Below are positions 1 through 10,361 of a stretch of 64,000 nucleotides of DNA, piece by piece; position 1 is the first letter of the stretch; every line of letters starts with the position of its first letter. The notes under the pieces are model-generated. The model saw only the letters and a program-made list of their open reading frames with translations. It was not told where the DNA came from and did not search any database. The stretch covers positions 1-64,000 of the forward strand of contig JBKBYA010000013.1 in the NCBI GenBank assembly GCA_046313635.1, written 5' to 3'. Origin of the DNA: Pyrinomonadaceae bacterium. GTDB lineage: Bacteria; Acidobacteriota; Blastocatellia; Pyrinomonadales; Pyrinomonadaceae. A program made the position numbers and the translations under genes.

Positions 1-322
1 TCAGTTCTGCAATTGTTGCAATTCTTGGATTGGCTCTCGTTTCGAAATACAAATGATGCGGCCGAGGTCATATGGCACGGTATCCGAGGGCCGAGGTCGA
101 GGGCGGCTTGGGAAGCCTTGATGGCTGCGGCGAGGCTCGTCGGCGCAAAAACCCGCGAACTGTCGGACCTGACCAGCCTCAATACCTCGACCGTCAGCCG
201 GCGACACGACTCGGCCGTTCGTCGCACCAAAGATGAAGACGGGTTTCGCAAACTCTTGCACAAGATCGTCACAGTCTACAGCCAGACCAAATGAGAATTG
301 CACAAATTGCAGCACTGACCCC
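1..322 (+). mobile_element. Miniature or internally deleted transposon-like remnant (possibly REP-associated tyrosine transposase type) bounded by inverted repeats
   Basis: 1-25 TCAGTTCTGCAATTGTTGCAATTCT matches the reverse complement of 294-318 at 22/25. The right end continues ...CTGACCCC. The enclosed ORF 13..294 has an HTH-like tail (ELSDLTSLNTSTVSRR). The left end is cut by the window edge. Confidence 0.5.
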
Positions 323-476
323 TTTACTCCTCAGATGCCGTCACGCAGCATGACGCAGCGATGAATGAGGAGCTGGGGAATATGCTTTCAGGGTATCGAT
401 AAGGTAATGAGCCCGTCTTTCCGGCCGAACCGCTAAGACGTCGAGCGTAGAGTCCCTGCATTTTTCGTTACAGTGC

Positions 477-514
477 AAAAATGGGCGTTTCAGCGGGATG
501 GCGGAAACGCCCAT
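477..514 (-). terminator. Intrinsic terminator downstream of tRNA-Thr
   Basis: Stem ATGGGCGTTTC...GAAACGCCCAT with an A-run on the + strand (U-tail on the - strand). Confidence 0.7.
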
Positions 515-519
515 AAATA

Positions 520-596
<77 letters not shown>

Positions 597-943
597 TTGG
601 GTCTTGGCGGGAACCGCAAGCGTCGATACTAGCAAAGCGGAAGTTTTGTTAGCAAGCGCATTGCCTCTCCAGAGCGGGGGGGCGGGGAAGGCCGCGGCGC
701 GCTTGACCTGCGACCTTAGCGTGCGGGGCTTCAGCGTAGACGAGCGCCAGCCCAAGCGGCCGCGGCATCGTCTTGTTTCGGAGTGTCAGATTGACCGACG
801 AAAAGCGGGCGCGCCGCAACAAAACTATTGACCTCAACTTTTTGCAAAAAGTACCATTTCTTATGCCCCTCCGGGCCCTTTCCGTTTTCCCGTTCCATTC
901 TCCCGCTAACCGCAGGATAGATCTGACGAACAAGGAGACAACC

Positions 944-1930
944 GTGAGATCCGATAATTTGTTCAGGAATGCATTCATCCTAGGCGTCACGCTGCTGTCG
1001 TCGACGATTTTGGCCCAGCAGCCCGGCCTCGTCGGCGAGAGCCGGCCAAAGAGCATCGAGGTCGCGGGCGCCGATCAGCTCTACTGCGCGGGCTATGTCA
1101 CCGTCACGCCGGCAAACACCGCTCGGCGCGAGATGACGGCCGTGCCTAACAAGATCGTCGGCGCCTACGACGAGCAGGATGGCTGGCACTACTCGCAGGA
1201 CCGCCTGCTCGTGATCAACGGCGGCGCCAACAAGGGCGTCAAGGCCGGCGATATGTTTTCGGTAATCCGTCCGCGCGGCGAGGTCGAGAGCCGCTGGACG
1301 CGAAAGGACCGGCTCGGATTTTATGTGCAGGAGCTCGGTACGATCGAGGTAGTGAGCGTCAAGCCCGAGGTGTCTTGGGCGCGCGTGCGCACGTCGTGCG
1401 ACACGATGATGCTCGGCGATCTCATCGTTCCGTTTCAGCGCAGGAGCAGCCCGGTCTATTCGGTGAGGCCGACGCTCGATCTGTTTCGCGATCCGTCGGG
1501 CAAGGCTACGGGCCGCATCTTTATGGCCCGCGACCTGCGCGAGGCTCTGACCAGCGACACGATCGTTTACGTCGATCTAGGGGCCGAGGACAGCGTGGCT
1601 CCGGGTGATTACCTGACGATCTGGCGGCCGCTCGGCAAGGGCAACCCGTTCGATAACGACGAGGACGAATCGGTCAGCGCGCGGCAGGACGGGTTTCAGA
1701 GCTTCGAGTATCGCGGAGGCAAATTCTCTAACCAGGCCGGCCGCAAATACGGTTCGCAGGCCGACCGCAAGGTCGTGACGACCGAAGAAGCCAAGAAGTA
1801 CCGGCCAAGCGGTCTGAGAAAGGTCGTCGGCGAGGCCGTAGTGCTCAACGTCAAAGAACGAACGGCGAGCGTGCTGATCACGCGGACGTCGCAGGAGGTG
1901 CACACCGGCGACTACGTCGAGGCACAGTAG
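944..1930 (+). CDS. Exported protein with FlgT C-terminal-like beta domains
   Basis: AAGGAG precedes a GTG at 944. Signal peptide; repeated motifs INGGANKGVKAGD, VDLGAEDSVAPGD and EVHTGDYVE. Confidence 0.6.
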   Translation: MRSDNLFRNAFILGVTLLSSTILAQQPGLVGESRPKSIEVAGADQLYCAGYVTVTPANTARREMTAVPNKIVGAYDEQDGWHYSQDRLLVINGGANKGVKAGDMFSVIRPRGEVESRWTRKDRLGFYVQELGTIEVVSVKPEVSWARVRTSCDTMMLGDLIVPFQRRSSPVYSVRPTLDLFRDPSGKATGRIFMARDLREALTSDTIVYVDLGAEDSVAPGDYLTIWRPLGKGNPFDNDEDESVSARQDGFQSFEYRGGKFSNQAGRKYGSQADRKVVTTEEAKKYRPSGLRKVVGEAVVLNVKERTASVLITRTSQEVHTGDYVEAQ

Positions 1931-1951
1931 GCGAGCGGCGCATTTAGAGAA

Positions 1952-1984
1952 CGGCCCGGCGAGCGATCGCCGGGCTGTTTGTTT
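1952..1984. terminator. Hairpin between convergent genes
   Basis: CGGCCCGGCGA gcga TCGCCGGGCTG followed by TTTGTTT. Confidence 0.6.
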
Positions 1985-2035
1985 ACGAGTTGTTATGCGT
2001 TCTTAGGTAAGCCCGTGTGCCTCTGAACGAGCCGT

Positions 2036-2752
2036 CTACATCCCCGCGTCGGCTTTGGCGGCGACGGTGCGGGTTTCGGCGGGGCGTTGCTTTTCTCGGA
2101 CGAAGTATGCGATGTAGCCGTAGAGCGACCAAAAGGCTGTGATGACCGAGACCCAGAGCGCACCGCGGCCGACGAGATAGCCAAAGACCTTCCAGTCGTT
2201 GCTGGTGAGCGAGAGGGAAGCGAGGTTTGCGAATGCGGTCCTGACCTCGGCGACCTCCCAGAATGTAAAGGCCGGATACTCGAGACCGAAATTCGACACC
2301 GGCGGATCGCCCGTCGCGCCCGCGACGAGCAGTGCGACGATCGCGACGCATTGCGCCCACATCTTGATCTTGCCGAGCGTCTGGGCCTGGATGACGATGC
2401 CTTCGGTCGCGGCGGCCGAGCGCAGGCCGGTGATGATGAACTCGCGCCCGAGGATGACGACGACGGCCCACGCGGGGGCAAGATGCTTTTCGACAAGGAC
2501 GATGAGCGCGGCCGAGACGAGCAGTTTGTCGGCGATCGGGTCGAGGAGCTTGCCGAGATCTGAGACCTGATTACGGCGCCGCGCGAGGTGGCCGTCGAGA
2601 ATGTCGGTCAGCGAAGCGACGAGAAAGACCGCGATCGCCAGCGCGTAACCGCTGATGCCGAGATAGCTCTCGGCCACCTCGGTCAGCAGCACGACGACCA
2701 GGAGCGGCACGATCAAGATCCTCAGCAGTGTCAGGTAATTCGGCAGGTTCAC
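2036..2752 (-). CDS. pgsA: CDP-diacylglycerol--glycerol-3-phosphate 3-phosphatidyltransferase
   Basis: NLPNYLTLLRI start; CDP-alcohol motif DILDGHLARRRNQVSDLGKLLDPIADK; REFIITGLR. GTG start at 2752. Confidence 0.88.
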   Translation of the reverse strand: MNLPNYLTLLRILIVPLLVVVLLTEVAESYLGISGYALAIAVFLVASLTDILDGHLARRRNQVSDLGKLLDPIADKLLVSAALIVLVEKHLAPAWAVVVILGREFIITGLRSAAATEGIVIQAQTLGKIKMWAQCVAIVALLVAGATGDPPVSNFGLEYPAFTFWEVAEVRTAFANLASLSLTSNDWKVFGYLVGRGALWVSVITAFWSLYGYIAYFVREKQRPAETRTVAAKADAGM

Positions 2753-2858
2753 GGGCTTCGAGCTAAGTTTGCCATAGCTCAATGCAAAAAGAGAAAGAGG
2801 CACGCCCGTCGGAGCGTGCCTTTTATCGAACGTGCGGTACTGCCTGCCGGCAGCGGTG

Positions 2859-4352
2859 TTACGGCAGGAATCCGAGCTGTGAATTGGTGCCCGGGAAGTT
2901 AGCGAGATTCGGGAAGACCGCCGAGAGCGTTTGCGCGTCCTGAGGCAGTCCAAACCAGCGCGCCAGCACCGCGGCGTACTGGTCGACCGAAGTGGTCGGG
3001 ATCCAGCGGCCGCGCGGCGCCGTGCCGCCGTCGGTGTCGTCGGGGCCGCCCTGAACGAGCGTCGGGTAGTAGTTTCCCGTTCCGTCCGGTCTGAGGCTGC
3101 CGTAAAAATCGCCGCCCGCGACCGAGCCGCCGATGACGAACATATGATTTCCCCAGGCGTGATCCGAGCCGACCGCCGCGCCCGAGCCGGCCGGGTTGAG
3201 CGTGCGGCCAAAGTCGGACATCGTAAACATCGTCACGCCGTTCTGTATGCCCTGCGCGACCATCTCGTCGTAGAACGCGCGGGCCGCCTGGCTGAACTGT
3301 ATCAAGAGATTGGTCTGCCCGGTGAGCTGATTGGTGTGCGTGTCAAACCCGCCGAGCTGCACGTAAAAGATCTGCCGGTTGACGTTCAGATTCGAGCGCG
3401 TCTTGATGAGGCGGGCGACCTGACGCAGCTGCCGGCCGATGCTGGTATTAGGGAACGCGACGGTCGTGTCCTGCGACGTCTGCAGCGCCGAGTTGGCCTG
3501 CATCGCGAGGTCGGTGACATGGCTCGCGGCGGCGACGTAATTCGACGAGAGGTCCTGCGAGCGGAGCGAGTTAAAGGCCGTCAGCCGCGCCGCGCCGCCG
3601 GTGTTTGTAAAGCCGGCCGGGTTGAGCACGTTCGCGAGCGGTGTGTTTGAATCGGCGATCGCGAGCGGCAGCGTGATCTGGCCCGAGGTAAAGAGCTGCG
3701 CTCCGGCGATCGACGTGATCATCGGGATGAGCGCGTTCGGGTTGTTGCCGGCGGTCATATTGTCCGAAGCCCGGCCGCCCCAGCCGGTAAAGGCCTGCGT
3801 GTTCGAGACCGCGGTCTGCGCCTGCGCGACCTGATCGGAGTGCGAGAACAGCTGGTAGGGCTTGGGTACGGAATTGTTCTGATACTGCGTGCGGGTCATC
3901 GGTCTGACGAGCGTGCCGACATTCGTCACGATGGCCATTTTGCCCTGGGCCCAAAGCTCATGGATGCCGTTGTTGATGCCGCCGGTGACGCCGGGGCCGA
4001 GATTGGGGTTGAGGCCGTAGGTCAGACCGCCGATGCGCGGCACGGCGATCGGCAGCAGATTGGCCTGAGGGATCGCGAGTCCCTGCGAATTTCGAGCGTT
4101 GAAGTACGCCTGATAGTTGCTGACGAACGAGTCGTTATGGTTGGGGATGACCATATTGTTGCCGTCGTTGCCGCCGGCAAAAAAGACGCAGACCAAGGCC
4201 CTGTAGTCCGAGGGCACCGAGTCGTCGCGATCGTCGATCGCCTTTTGCGCAAAGGCCGTCATCAGGCCGAGGTGCTCCATCTGCGTTGCGATGGCCGCCA
4301 TCCCGAGGGCCGAGCAGGAACTCTTCAAAAAGTCACGTCTTGATCTTTCCAT
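2859..4352 (-). CDS. DUF1501 family protein, Tat-exported
   Basis: SRRDFLK twin-arginine motif; YRALVCVFFAGGNDGNN, LFSHSDQ, GGFDTH, SDFGRT, GSDHAWG. Confidence 0.88.
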   Translation of the reverse strand: MERSRRDFLKSSCSALGMAAIATQMEHLGLMTAFAQKAIDDRDDSVPSDYRALVCVFFAGGNDGNNMVIPNHNDSFVSNYQAYFNARNSQGLAIPQANLLPIAVPRIGGLTYGLNPNLGPGVTGGINNGIHELWAQGKMAIVTNVGTLVRPMTRTQYQNNSVPKPYQLFSHSDQVAQAQTAVSNTQAFTGWGGRASDNMTAGNNPNALIPMITSIAGAQLFTSGQITLPLAIADSNTPLANVLNPAGFTNTGGAARLTAFNSLRSQDLSSNYVAAASHVTDLAMQANSALQTSQDTTVAFPNTSIGRQLRQVARLIKTRSNLNVNRQIFYVQLGGFDTHTNQLTGQTNLLIQFSQAARAFYDEMVAQGIQNGVTMFTMSDFGRTLNPAGSGAAVGSDHAWGNHMFVIGGSVAGGDFYGSLRPDGTGNYYPTLVQGGPDDTDGGTAPRGRWIPTTSVDQYAAVLARWFGLPQDAQTLSAVFPNLANFPGTNSQLGFLP

Positions 4353-4357
4353 TACTG

Positions 4358-6643
4358 TCACCTCTGTACCTGAAATTGCGACGATGTCGCGACAAGATAA
4401 ACGGCCTGTTTGGCCCGCTGCATCGGGTCGGTCGATGCGATGCTGTTGACGGCCGTCAGGATGGTGCCGCGCATCGAGGACGACATCGTTCCGTGCATCA
4501 TCCTGACGTTCAGCACGTCCATCAATTGATTGCTGGTAGTGTCGGCCGCGGCTATCGCCTGCAGCTCGCTAAAGTCGAGCGCGGTGCCGCTGGGCACGTC
4601 CTGATTGCCGATCGGGATGTTGTTGAAGACCATTCGATTGACAAAGTTCGCACGCTGGATGGACGTGCCGGTCGTCATCAGAGCGAATTCGGGCCCGAGC
4701 AGCGACGTGCCGGGAATGACGTAGTCCGGCGGGTAGTAGTTAAAGACCGTCGGCGACTGGAAGTGCCGCTGGCCCATTCCGGTAAATTCGCCACGCACGA
4801 TCAAATTGCCGTCGCTCTGGCCCCCGGCCGCGCCCTGCACGTTGAACCATCGCAGCAGGTTGGTCGCGAAGAGCACCGGTTCGCGCAGCTTGCCGTAATT
4901 CGGATCGGTCTTGACGTCGCCGCGAGCCTCTGGATCGAGCAGTATCGCCTTGACGACCGCACGCAGATCGCCGCGCACGCCCTGACCGTTGTTATTAAAG
5001 ACGGCCGCCACGCGTCCGACGTAGGCGGGCGTCGGATCGCTGGTCACCAGCTGCTGGATCAGGATCTTGCCTATGTACGGCCCGACATTCGGGTGGTAAA
5101 AGATATTGTCGAGAGCCTGCTCGAGCGAGTTGTTGGCGTAGGTCGTGATGTTGGGCAGCGTCGTGCAGTTGCTGCAGGCAGGGATGTTTGTCGTCGTCGA
5201 GCCGGGATAGGTCAAGAGCGTCTTGGCCGTCAGGTCGTGGCGATTGTTTGCGACGCTGCCGACGCCGCCGTTGAGTATCATCGGATCGATAAAGTTGACG
5301 GTGCCGGACGTGAAATTAGGGCACGTCGCGCCGGCGGTGTTGCAAAACGACCATCCGGTCAAGACCTTGGTCAGGTCGTTGACGACATTCTGATCGTAGG
5401 TCGGGATCGGATTGCCGCTGGCGTCGCGCTGCAGCGTGCCGTTCTGGTTGAGCATAAAGAGCCCGACACTGAAGAGCTGCATTATCTCGCGAGCGTAGTT
5501 CTCGTTCGGGTTGGTGCGTGTACTGCGCGCCATGTCGAGATAGTCGCCCATGGTCGGCGAGAGCGTCATCTCCTTCATCAGCGTCCGGTAATTGCCGAAG
5601 GCGTTGTTTTGAAGGATCTTGAACCACTCGACCATGTGCCGTCCCTGCTGGATATCGACGCCCGAGGTGACCCAGATCTGCGACAGAGCCCACGCGACGC
5701 GGAGCCTGAGCTGAGCGTCGCCGTAAAAGGCCTCACGCATAAACCACGTCTGCGGCTGGTACATCGTGTATCGATCACGGATGCAGATCTGATAGCTGAT
5801 ATTCGTATTCGGCAGGAACGCTCCGCAGCCGACGTTGACGTCGTCTTGATTAGTGCTCGACGCAAGCGGGGTGTTGGGGTAGGGATTGCCCGCCGAGGGG
5901 AACGGCCGCGTGAACTGGTCCTCGAGCCAGGCGCGTATGCCGATGCGGCGGATCCGCAGATCGTCGGCAGGCGTCGGGCCGAAGGTCGCTTGCTCGAGAA
6001 AGCGGATGCGGTCACCCGAAAATCGGTAGCCGAGATTGCCGAGCTCCGCAGAGCCTGCGGCGGCGGCCTTTGAGGGCGTCGCGGTGATCGGGGCCGGCTG
6101 GATCAAGCCGGCGAGTTTCTCCATTCCGCCGGTCTTGCCGTACCCGAGGAGGGCCTTGTTGCTCGCCAGGCCTCGCCAGGTAACGTAGATCATCAGGTCG
6201 CCGTCAGGCTTGGGCGGCTCCCAATATCCGATCTCGTCGGCAAGCCTGATCGTCAGCGAATAGACGCCCGGCTGGCCGGCCGTCTCCTCAAGCCCCGTGA
6301 CCGGAAAGCGGTAAAGGCGCCCGTCGCGATCGACGGCGTAGACCCGAAAGGCGGCCGGCCCCTCGGTCTTGAGGAGGTCTAGATTGGTGACAAATATCCG
6401 GACAAGCGAGTTCGGAGCAAAGGCTTGCTGCGGCTGTGCCGGAAGCACGACCTGCCGCGCGCGCCGCTTTGTCGCAGGCGCAGCCAGCGCCCGGGCCGAT
6501 CCCTCGACGCTAACGAGCACCGGCGTCGGTGAATTCGGGTCGGGGTCTGCGTCTATCTGTGCGAGTACCGCCGGAACCGATACTAAAAACAGAAGGACCG
6601 TTCCCACCGCCATCGCGGCGAGGCGACATCCACGCGTGGTCAT
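4358..6643 (-). CDS. DUF1800 family protein with an extra N-terminal domain
   Basis: RFLEQATFGPT, QLRLRVAWALSQI, PNENYAREIMQLFSVGL, GKLREP, SPTVFNYY. Paired with DUF1501. GAGGAGG precedes the ATG at 6643. Confidence 0.88.
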   Translation of the reverse strand: MTTRGCRLAAMAVGTVLLFLVSVPAVLAQIDADPDPNSPTPVLVSVEGSARALAAPATKRRARQVVLPAQPQQAFAPNSLVRIFVTNLDLLKTEGPAAFRVYAVDRDGRLYRFPVTGLEETAGQPGVYSLTIRLADEIGYWEPPKPDGDLMIYVTWRGLASNKALLGYGKTGGMEKLAGLIQPAPITATPSKAAAAGSAELGNLGYRFSGDRIRFLEQATFGPTPADDLRIRRIGIRAWLEDQFTRPFPSAGNPYPNTPLASSTNQDDVNVGCGAFLPNTNISYQICIRDRYTMYQPQTWFMREAFYGDAQLRLRVAWALSQIWVTSGVDIQQGRHMVEWFKILQNNAFGNYRTLMKEMTLSPTMGDYLDMARSTRTNPNENYAREIMQLFSVGLFMLNQNGTLQRDASGNPIPTYDQNVVNDLTKVLTGWSFCNTAGATCPNFTSGTVNFIDPMILNGGVGSVANNRHDLTAKTLLTYPGSTTTNIPACSNCTTLPNITTYANNSLEQALDNIFYHPNVGPYIGKILIQQLVTSDPTPAYVGRVAAVFNNNGQGVRGDLRAVVKAILLDPEARGDVKTDPNYGKLREPVLFATNLLRWFNVQGAAGGQSDGNLIVRGEFTGMGQRHFQSPTVFNYYPPDYVIPGTSLLGPEFALMTTGTSIQRANFVNRMVFNNIPIGNQDVPSGTALDFSELQAIAAADTTSNQLMDVLNVRMMHGTMSSSMRGTILTAVNSIASTDPMQRAKQAVYLVATSSQFQVQR

Positions 6644-6890
6644 ACCTTTTCCTCCTCTTGTCACGTAAACAAAAACGCTAAGCGAAACCGATCTAATGTG
6701 GGCTTGTCCTCGTCGGCGTGAAGCAGCCGACGCGGTGTGGGTGATTGAATACCTAAATTAAACAAACGTTCAAACGCTGACGAGATCAATTTTTTATTTT
6801 CCGCAGCTTGCGAGCACTATGACGGCGCCCGAACCGGCTTGGCCGAAAAAAGTGCGAACATTCTAAGCTATAATCGGCCGGATTCAAACA

Positions 6891-7772
6891 ATGATGACCC
6901 GTACTACGGTTTCAATTCCCGCGGATTTCAGCTTTCGGCATACGGTCGGCAGCCACGGCTGGTACGATCTGCCGCCGTTCGAGCTTGACCGAGATACGTG
7001 GACGCTGCGATACGTTTTTGCTCGACGCGGGCGCCGCGGCCCGGTCTCGTCGGCGGCGCGCGTCGCAGGCGGCACGCGGCTCACTATCTCGCATACTGGC
7101 GGCCCCGAGGACAGCCGCTCGGTTGCCGGAGGGCTGCGGCACATTCTGCGTTTGGACGAGCCGCTCGAGACCTTTTATGAAATGGTCGCCGGACACGATC
7201 GTCTGGGTTGGGCGGCCGAGGCCGGCGCCGGGCGTCTGCTGCGCTCGGCGACCGTCTTTGAGGACCTCGTCAAGACCATCTGCACGACCAACTGCTCGTG
7301 GGCGCTCACTAAAAAGATGACCTCAGCTCTCGTCGAGAACCTCGGCGAGCCCGCCGCCGACGGCCGACGTGCTTTTCCGACGCCCGAGGCGATGGCGTCG
7401 GTCGACGCGGGGTTCTACCGCGACGAGATCAGGGCAGGCTACCGCTCGCCGTACTTTGTCGAGCTCGCGGAAAAGGTCGCCGCCGGAGAGTTAGATCCGG
7501 AGAGCTGGCTGAATAAAGACGTGCCGTCCGCGGAGCTTCGCCGCGAGATCAAGTCGGTCAAAGGCGTCGGCGACTACGCGGCCGACAATCTGCTCAAGCT
7601 GCTTGGCCGCTACGACGGTCTCGCGCTCGACTCGTGGCTGCGCTCACAGTTTTACAAGCGTCACAACCGCGGCAAGCAGTGCCCGGATAAAAAGATCGAG
7701 CGTTTCTACGCTCCCTTCGGCGATTGGAAGGGCCTTGCCATCTGGTGCGATATGACGGAGCACTGGTTTTAG
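6891..7772 (+). CDS. HhH-GPD DNA glycosylase (AlkA/Ogg-like)
   Basis: FEDLVKTICTTN, AFPTPE, GYRS, HhH motif KGVGDYAA, ALDSW. Confidence 0.8.
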   Translation: MMTRTTVSIPADFSFRHTVGSHGWYDLPPFELDRDTWTLRYVFARRGRRGPVSSAARVAGGTRLTISHTGGPEDSRSVAGGLRHILRLDEPLETFYEMVAGHDRLGWAAEAGAGRLLRSATVFEDLVKTICTTNCSWALTKKMTSALVENLGEPAADGRRAFPTPEAMASVDAGFYRDEIRAGYRSPYFVELAEKVAAGELDPESWLNKDVPSAELRREIKSVKGVGDYAADNLLKLLGRYDGLALDSWLRSQFYKRHNRGKQCPDKKIERFYAPFGDWKGLAIWCDMTEHWF

Positions 7773-7872
7773 GCCGTTTCGCGGTCTGCTCGCGTCGGGC
7801 TGCGGTCACGCGTGACTCAACCCTCAGACGATGATGTAAACTAGGCTGGCTCCTCGAGCGTACCATCCACTG

Positions 7873-9486
7873 ATGATCGAAGCCGGCAAACTTCTCCAGC
7901 AGCGATACCGCATCGACCGCCAGATCGGGCAGGGCGGAATGGGCGCGGTCTATATTGCGACCGACCAGCGATTTGGCAGCACAGTCGCCATTAAAGAGAC
8001 GCTCTTTATGGACGACAACTACCGCAAGGCGATCGAACGCGAGGCTCGGCTGCTCAACAGCCTGCGGCATCCGGCCCTGCCGCGTGTGAGCGATCATTTT
8101 GCAGAGGACAACGGGCAGTTTCTCGTGATGGAGTACATTCCCGGCGAGGACCTCTCGCATATGTTGGAGTCGAGCGGAAAGCCTTTTGCGGTCGACGACG
8201 TTCTGCGCTGGGCAGACCAGCTGCTCGATGCCCTCGACTTCCTGCATAACCAGTCGATGCCGGTCGTGCATCGCGACATCAAACCGCAAAATCTAAAGCT
8301 GGCATCGAGAGGACAGATAATTCTGCTCGACTTTGGGCTGGCAAAGGGAAATCCTACGGACGCGGGACACCAGACCGCGGCGAAAAGCATCTTTGGCTAC
8401 TCGCGAAATTACGCTTCGCTCGAGCAGATACAGGGAACGGGCACCGACCCGCGCAGCGATCTTTATTCGCTCGCCGCGACGCTTTATCACTTGCTGACCG
8501 GTGTGCCGCCTGAGGACGCGCTGACGCGCGCGATGGCCGTGCTGAGCCAGCGGCCCGACCCGCTCGTTACGGCGAGCACGATCAGGCACGAGATACCGCT
8601 CGGCGTGAGCGCGGTGCTCGCAAAGGCGCTTGACCTGAACGCCGACGGTCGGCCGTCGACCGCGGCCGAGATGCGCACGATGCTGCGCGAACATCCAAAA
8701 TACGAGCATCTCGTCGATATCTCGGGAATGGTCACGGTCGCGGGCGACGTTCACGCTCAGCCGACCCGCCTGATGCCCGGCCAAACGCTCGAGGCCAGCG
8801 GCCAGACCGACGTCAAGACGCGGCTGATGATGCCGCAGCCGATCTCGGCCGAGACAGAGATCCGGAACAAGGTCTCTGATCTCGACAGACGGGCGGAGCC
8901 GGCGGATCGAAAACTGCGTCGAAGACTGGCGATCTGGGCCGTACCGGCTGTCATCGTTCTCGCGGCGACCGCTGCAGGGATCATCTACGTTGCGGATCCG
9001 TTTGCCTTCGGCGTCGGGCCGGTGAGCTCGCCTGCCGTCCAGGAGCTGTCCGCCGAGCCGCCAGGCTCGCAAGCCGGCGATAATGCGGAGGCCGCCGCGG
9101 CCGAGGTCCCGGCCAACACATCGTCCGAGTCCGAAGCGGCAAGACCGCGCACCGGATCTCAGCAAACGACCGCGGCGTCGCCGCGGCGGCAGCCGCAGAA
9201 CACGAATAGGAATGTCACGGCCGGTGAGGAGCAGATCTTTGTCGATGAACGCACGGGGGCCGTTTACGTTGGCAATGTCAAGATCGACGAGGACGGTGTT
9301 ACCCGATCTGTGCCGAGGCCGCCCGGTGCCTTACCGTTTCCCGACCTGACCAGAGAGCAGTTGGACGCGCTCAGTCCCGAGGCCCGGCAAAAGCTGATCG
9401 AGGCGCGTCGCCGCATATTGCGTCTGCAGCGCGAGCACCGGTCTCGTCCTTTTCCGGTACCTACGGCGCCGGAACGGCAGCCATGA
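7873..9486 (+). CDS. Membrane-anchored Hanks-type Ser/Thr protein kinase
   Basis: GQGGMGAVY, VAIK, HRDIKPQN, DFG, SDLYSL; one TM helix followed by a low-complexity tail. Confidence 0.92.
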   Translation: MIEAGKLLQQRYRIDRQIGQGGMGAVYIATDQRFGSTVAIKETLFMDDNYRKAIEREARLLNSLRHPALPRVSDHFAEDNGQFLVMEYIPGEDLSHMLESSGKPFAVDDVLRWADQLLDALDFLHNQSMPVVHRDIKPQNLKLASRGQIILLDFGLAKGNPTDAGHQTAAKSIFGYSRNYASLEQIQGTGTDPRSDLYSLAATLYHLLTGVPPEDALTRAMAVLSQRPDPLVTASTIRHEIPLGVSAVLAKALDLNADGRPSTAAEMRTMLREHPKYEHLVDISGMVTVAGDVHAQPTRLMPGQTLEASGQTDVKTRLMMPQPISAETEIRNKVSDLDRRAEPADRKLRRRLAIWAVPAVIVLAATAAGIIYVADPFAFGVGPVSSPAVQELSAEPPGSQAGDNAEAAAAEVPANTSSESEAARPRTGSQQTTAASPRRQPQNTNRNVTAGEEQIFVDERTGAVYVGNVKIDEDGVTRSVPRPPGALPFPDLTREQLDALSPEARQKLIEARRRILRLQREHRSRPFPVPTAPERQP

Positions 9487-9548
9487 CCGCCCGCGAGCCC
9501 TTGATCCGAGCTTCGCGACGCGGGCTTAAGGTCCAAACGCGCTGCTGA

Positions 9549-10361
9549 CTAATGAGCGACGTCCAATATTTTGGCGCTCGCATCCGCCAGCTTGGCCGCC
9601 GGGAACTTGCCATCGACGAACTCCAGGTGGATCCTCGTGCGGTCGTCAGAGCCTATCCGCCGAGCTCGCACGATCGCGAGGCCTGAGAATGACGGCTGGT
9701 CGGAGACAAATTTGATCCGATCGCCGACGACCGCTCTCATCGTGGCGAAGACCGACGCCCCCGTTTCGCTGATATTCTCGGTCTCGACGGTCTCGGCGGC
9801 GATGGTCTGCTGCTCGCTGTCGAGAAGGAAGATCGACGCACCGATCGACTCCCAGTAACGGACGGACCTTCGTTTTTTGAATGTCGCGTCCATCTCCTCC
9901 ACCCGCCAGAGACCGCGTTTGTCGATCCCTGCTACGCGATAGCACTGCTGCGGATTTGCCAGATAGCTTCGCGGAGCGTCCTTGCCGATGAACGCCACGC
10001 CGACATGGTAAAGAGCCTCGCCTTCGGTATCCGACCTGTAGCAGTACTGTACAAGTCCCCAGATCCGATAGAGCTTTTTGTCCTGATCGTAGCTTCTCAT
10101 ATGGGCCGGCATCGGGATCATCAACGCCAGCAAGCGGCCGGGCTCGCATGGTCGCGAGAGGTGAAACCCGGCGCCGTTGCTCGACAAACTTGTAAGGGTC
10201 GTATTCTCGGTCCAGGAAATAACGGTTGACTCCTTTCCTTTGACTATCGCGGTCGCGTCGGTCGCGGGGGCTCGGTCGATCGTAGTTTTGATAGGGGATT
10301 CTGACATAAGCGAGTGCTGCGCGTACGGCATGGGGGCCGCGCGGCCCTGAATGGTCTTCAT
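9549..10361 (-). CDS. Tandem PilZ-like domain protein
   Basis: KRRSVR plus NISETG in the second domain; degenerate first domain (SLSSNG). Paralog of the neighbouring gene. Start uncertain. Confidence 0.72.
   Translation of the reverse strand: MKTIQGRAAPMPYAQHSLMSESPIKTTIDRAPATDATAIVKGKESTVISWTENTTLTSLSSNGAGFHLSRPCEPGRLLALMIPMPAHMRSYDQDKKLYRIWGLVQYCYRSDTEGEALYHVGVAFIGKDAPRSYLANPQQCYRVAGIDKRGLWRVEEMDATFKKRRSVRYWESIGASIFLLDSEQQTIAAETVETENISETGASVFATMRAVVGDRIKFVSDQPSFSGLAIVRARRIGSDDRTRIHLEFVDGKFPAAKLADASAKILDVAH

Noticed and set aside
4286..6073. 595-aa plus-strand ORF and many other long antisense or alternate-frame ORFs
   Set aside because: These are shadow ORFs of well-supported genes in GC-rich DNA; they have no motifs and are Arg/Ala/Gly-biased.
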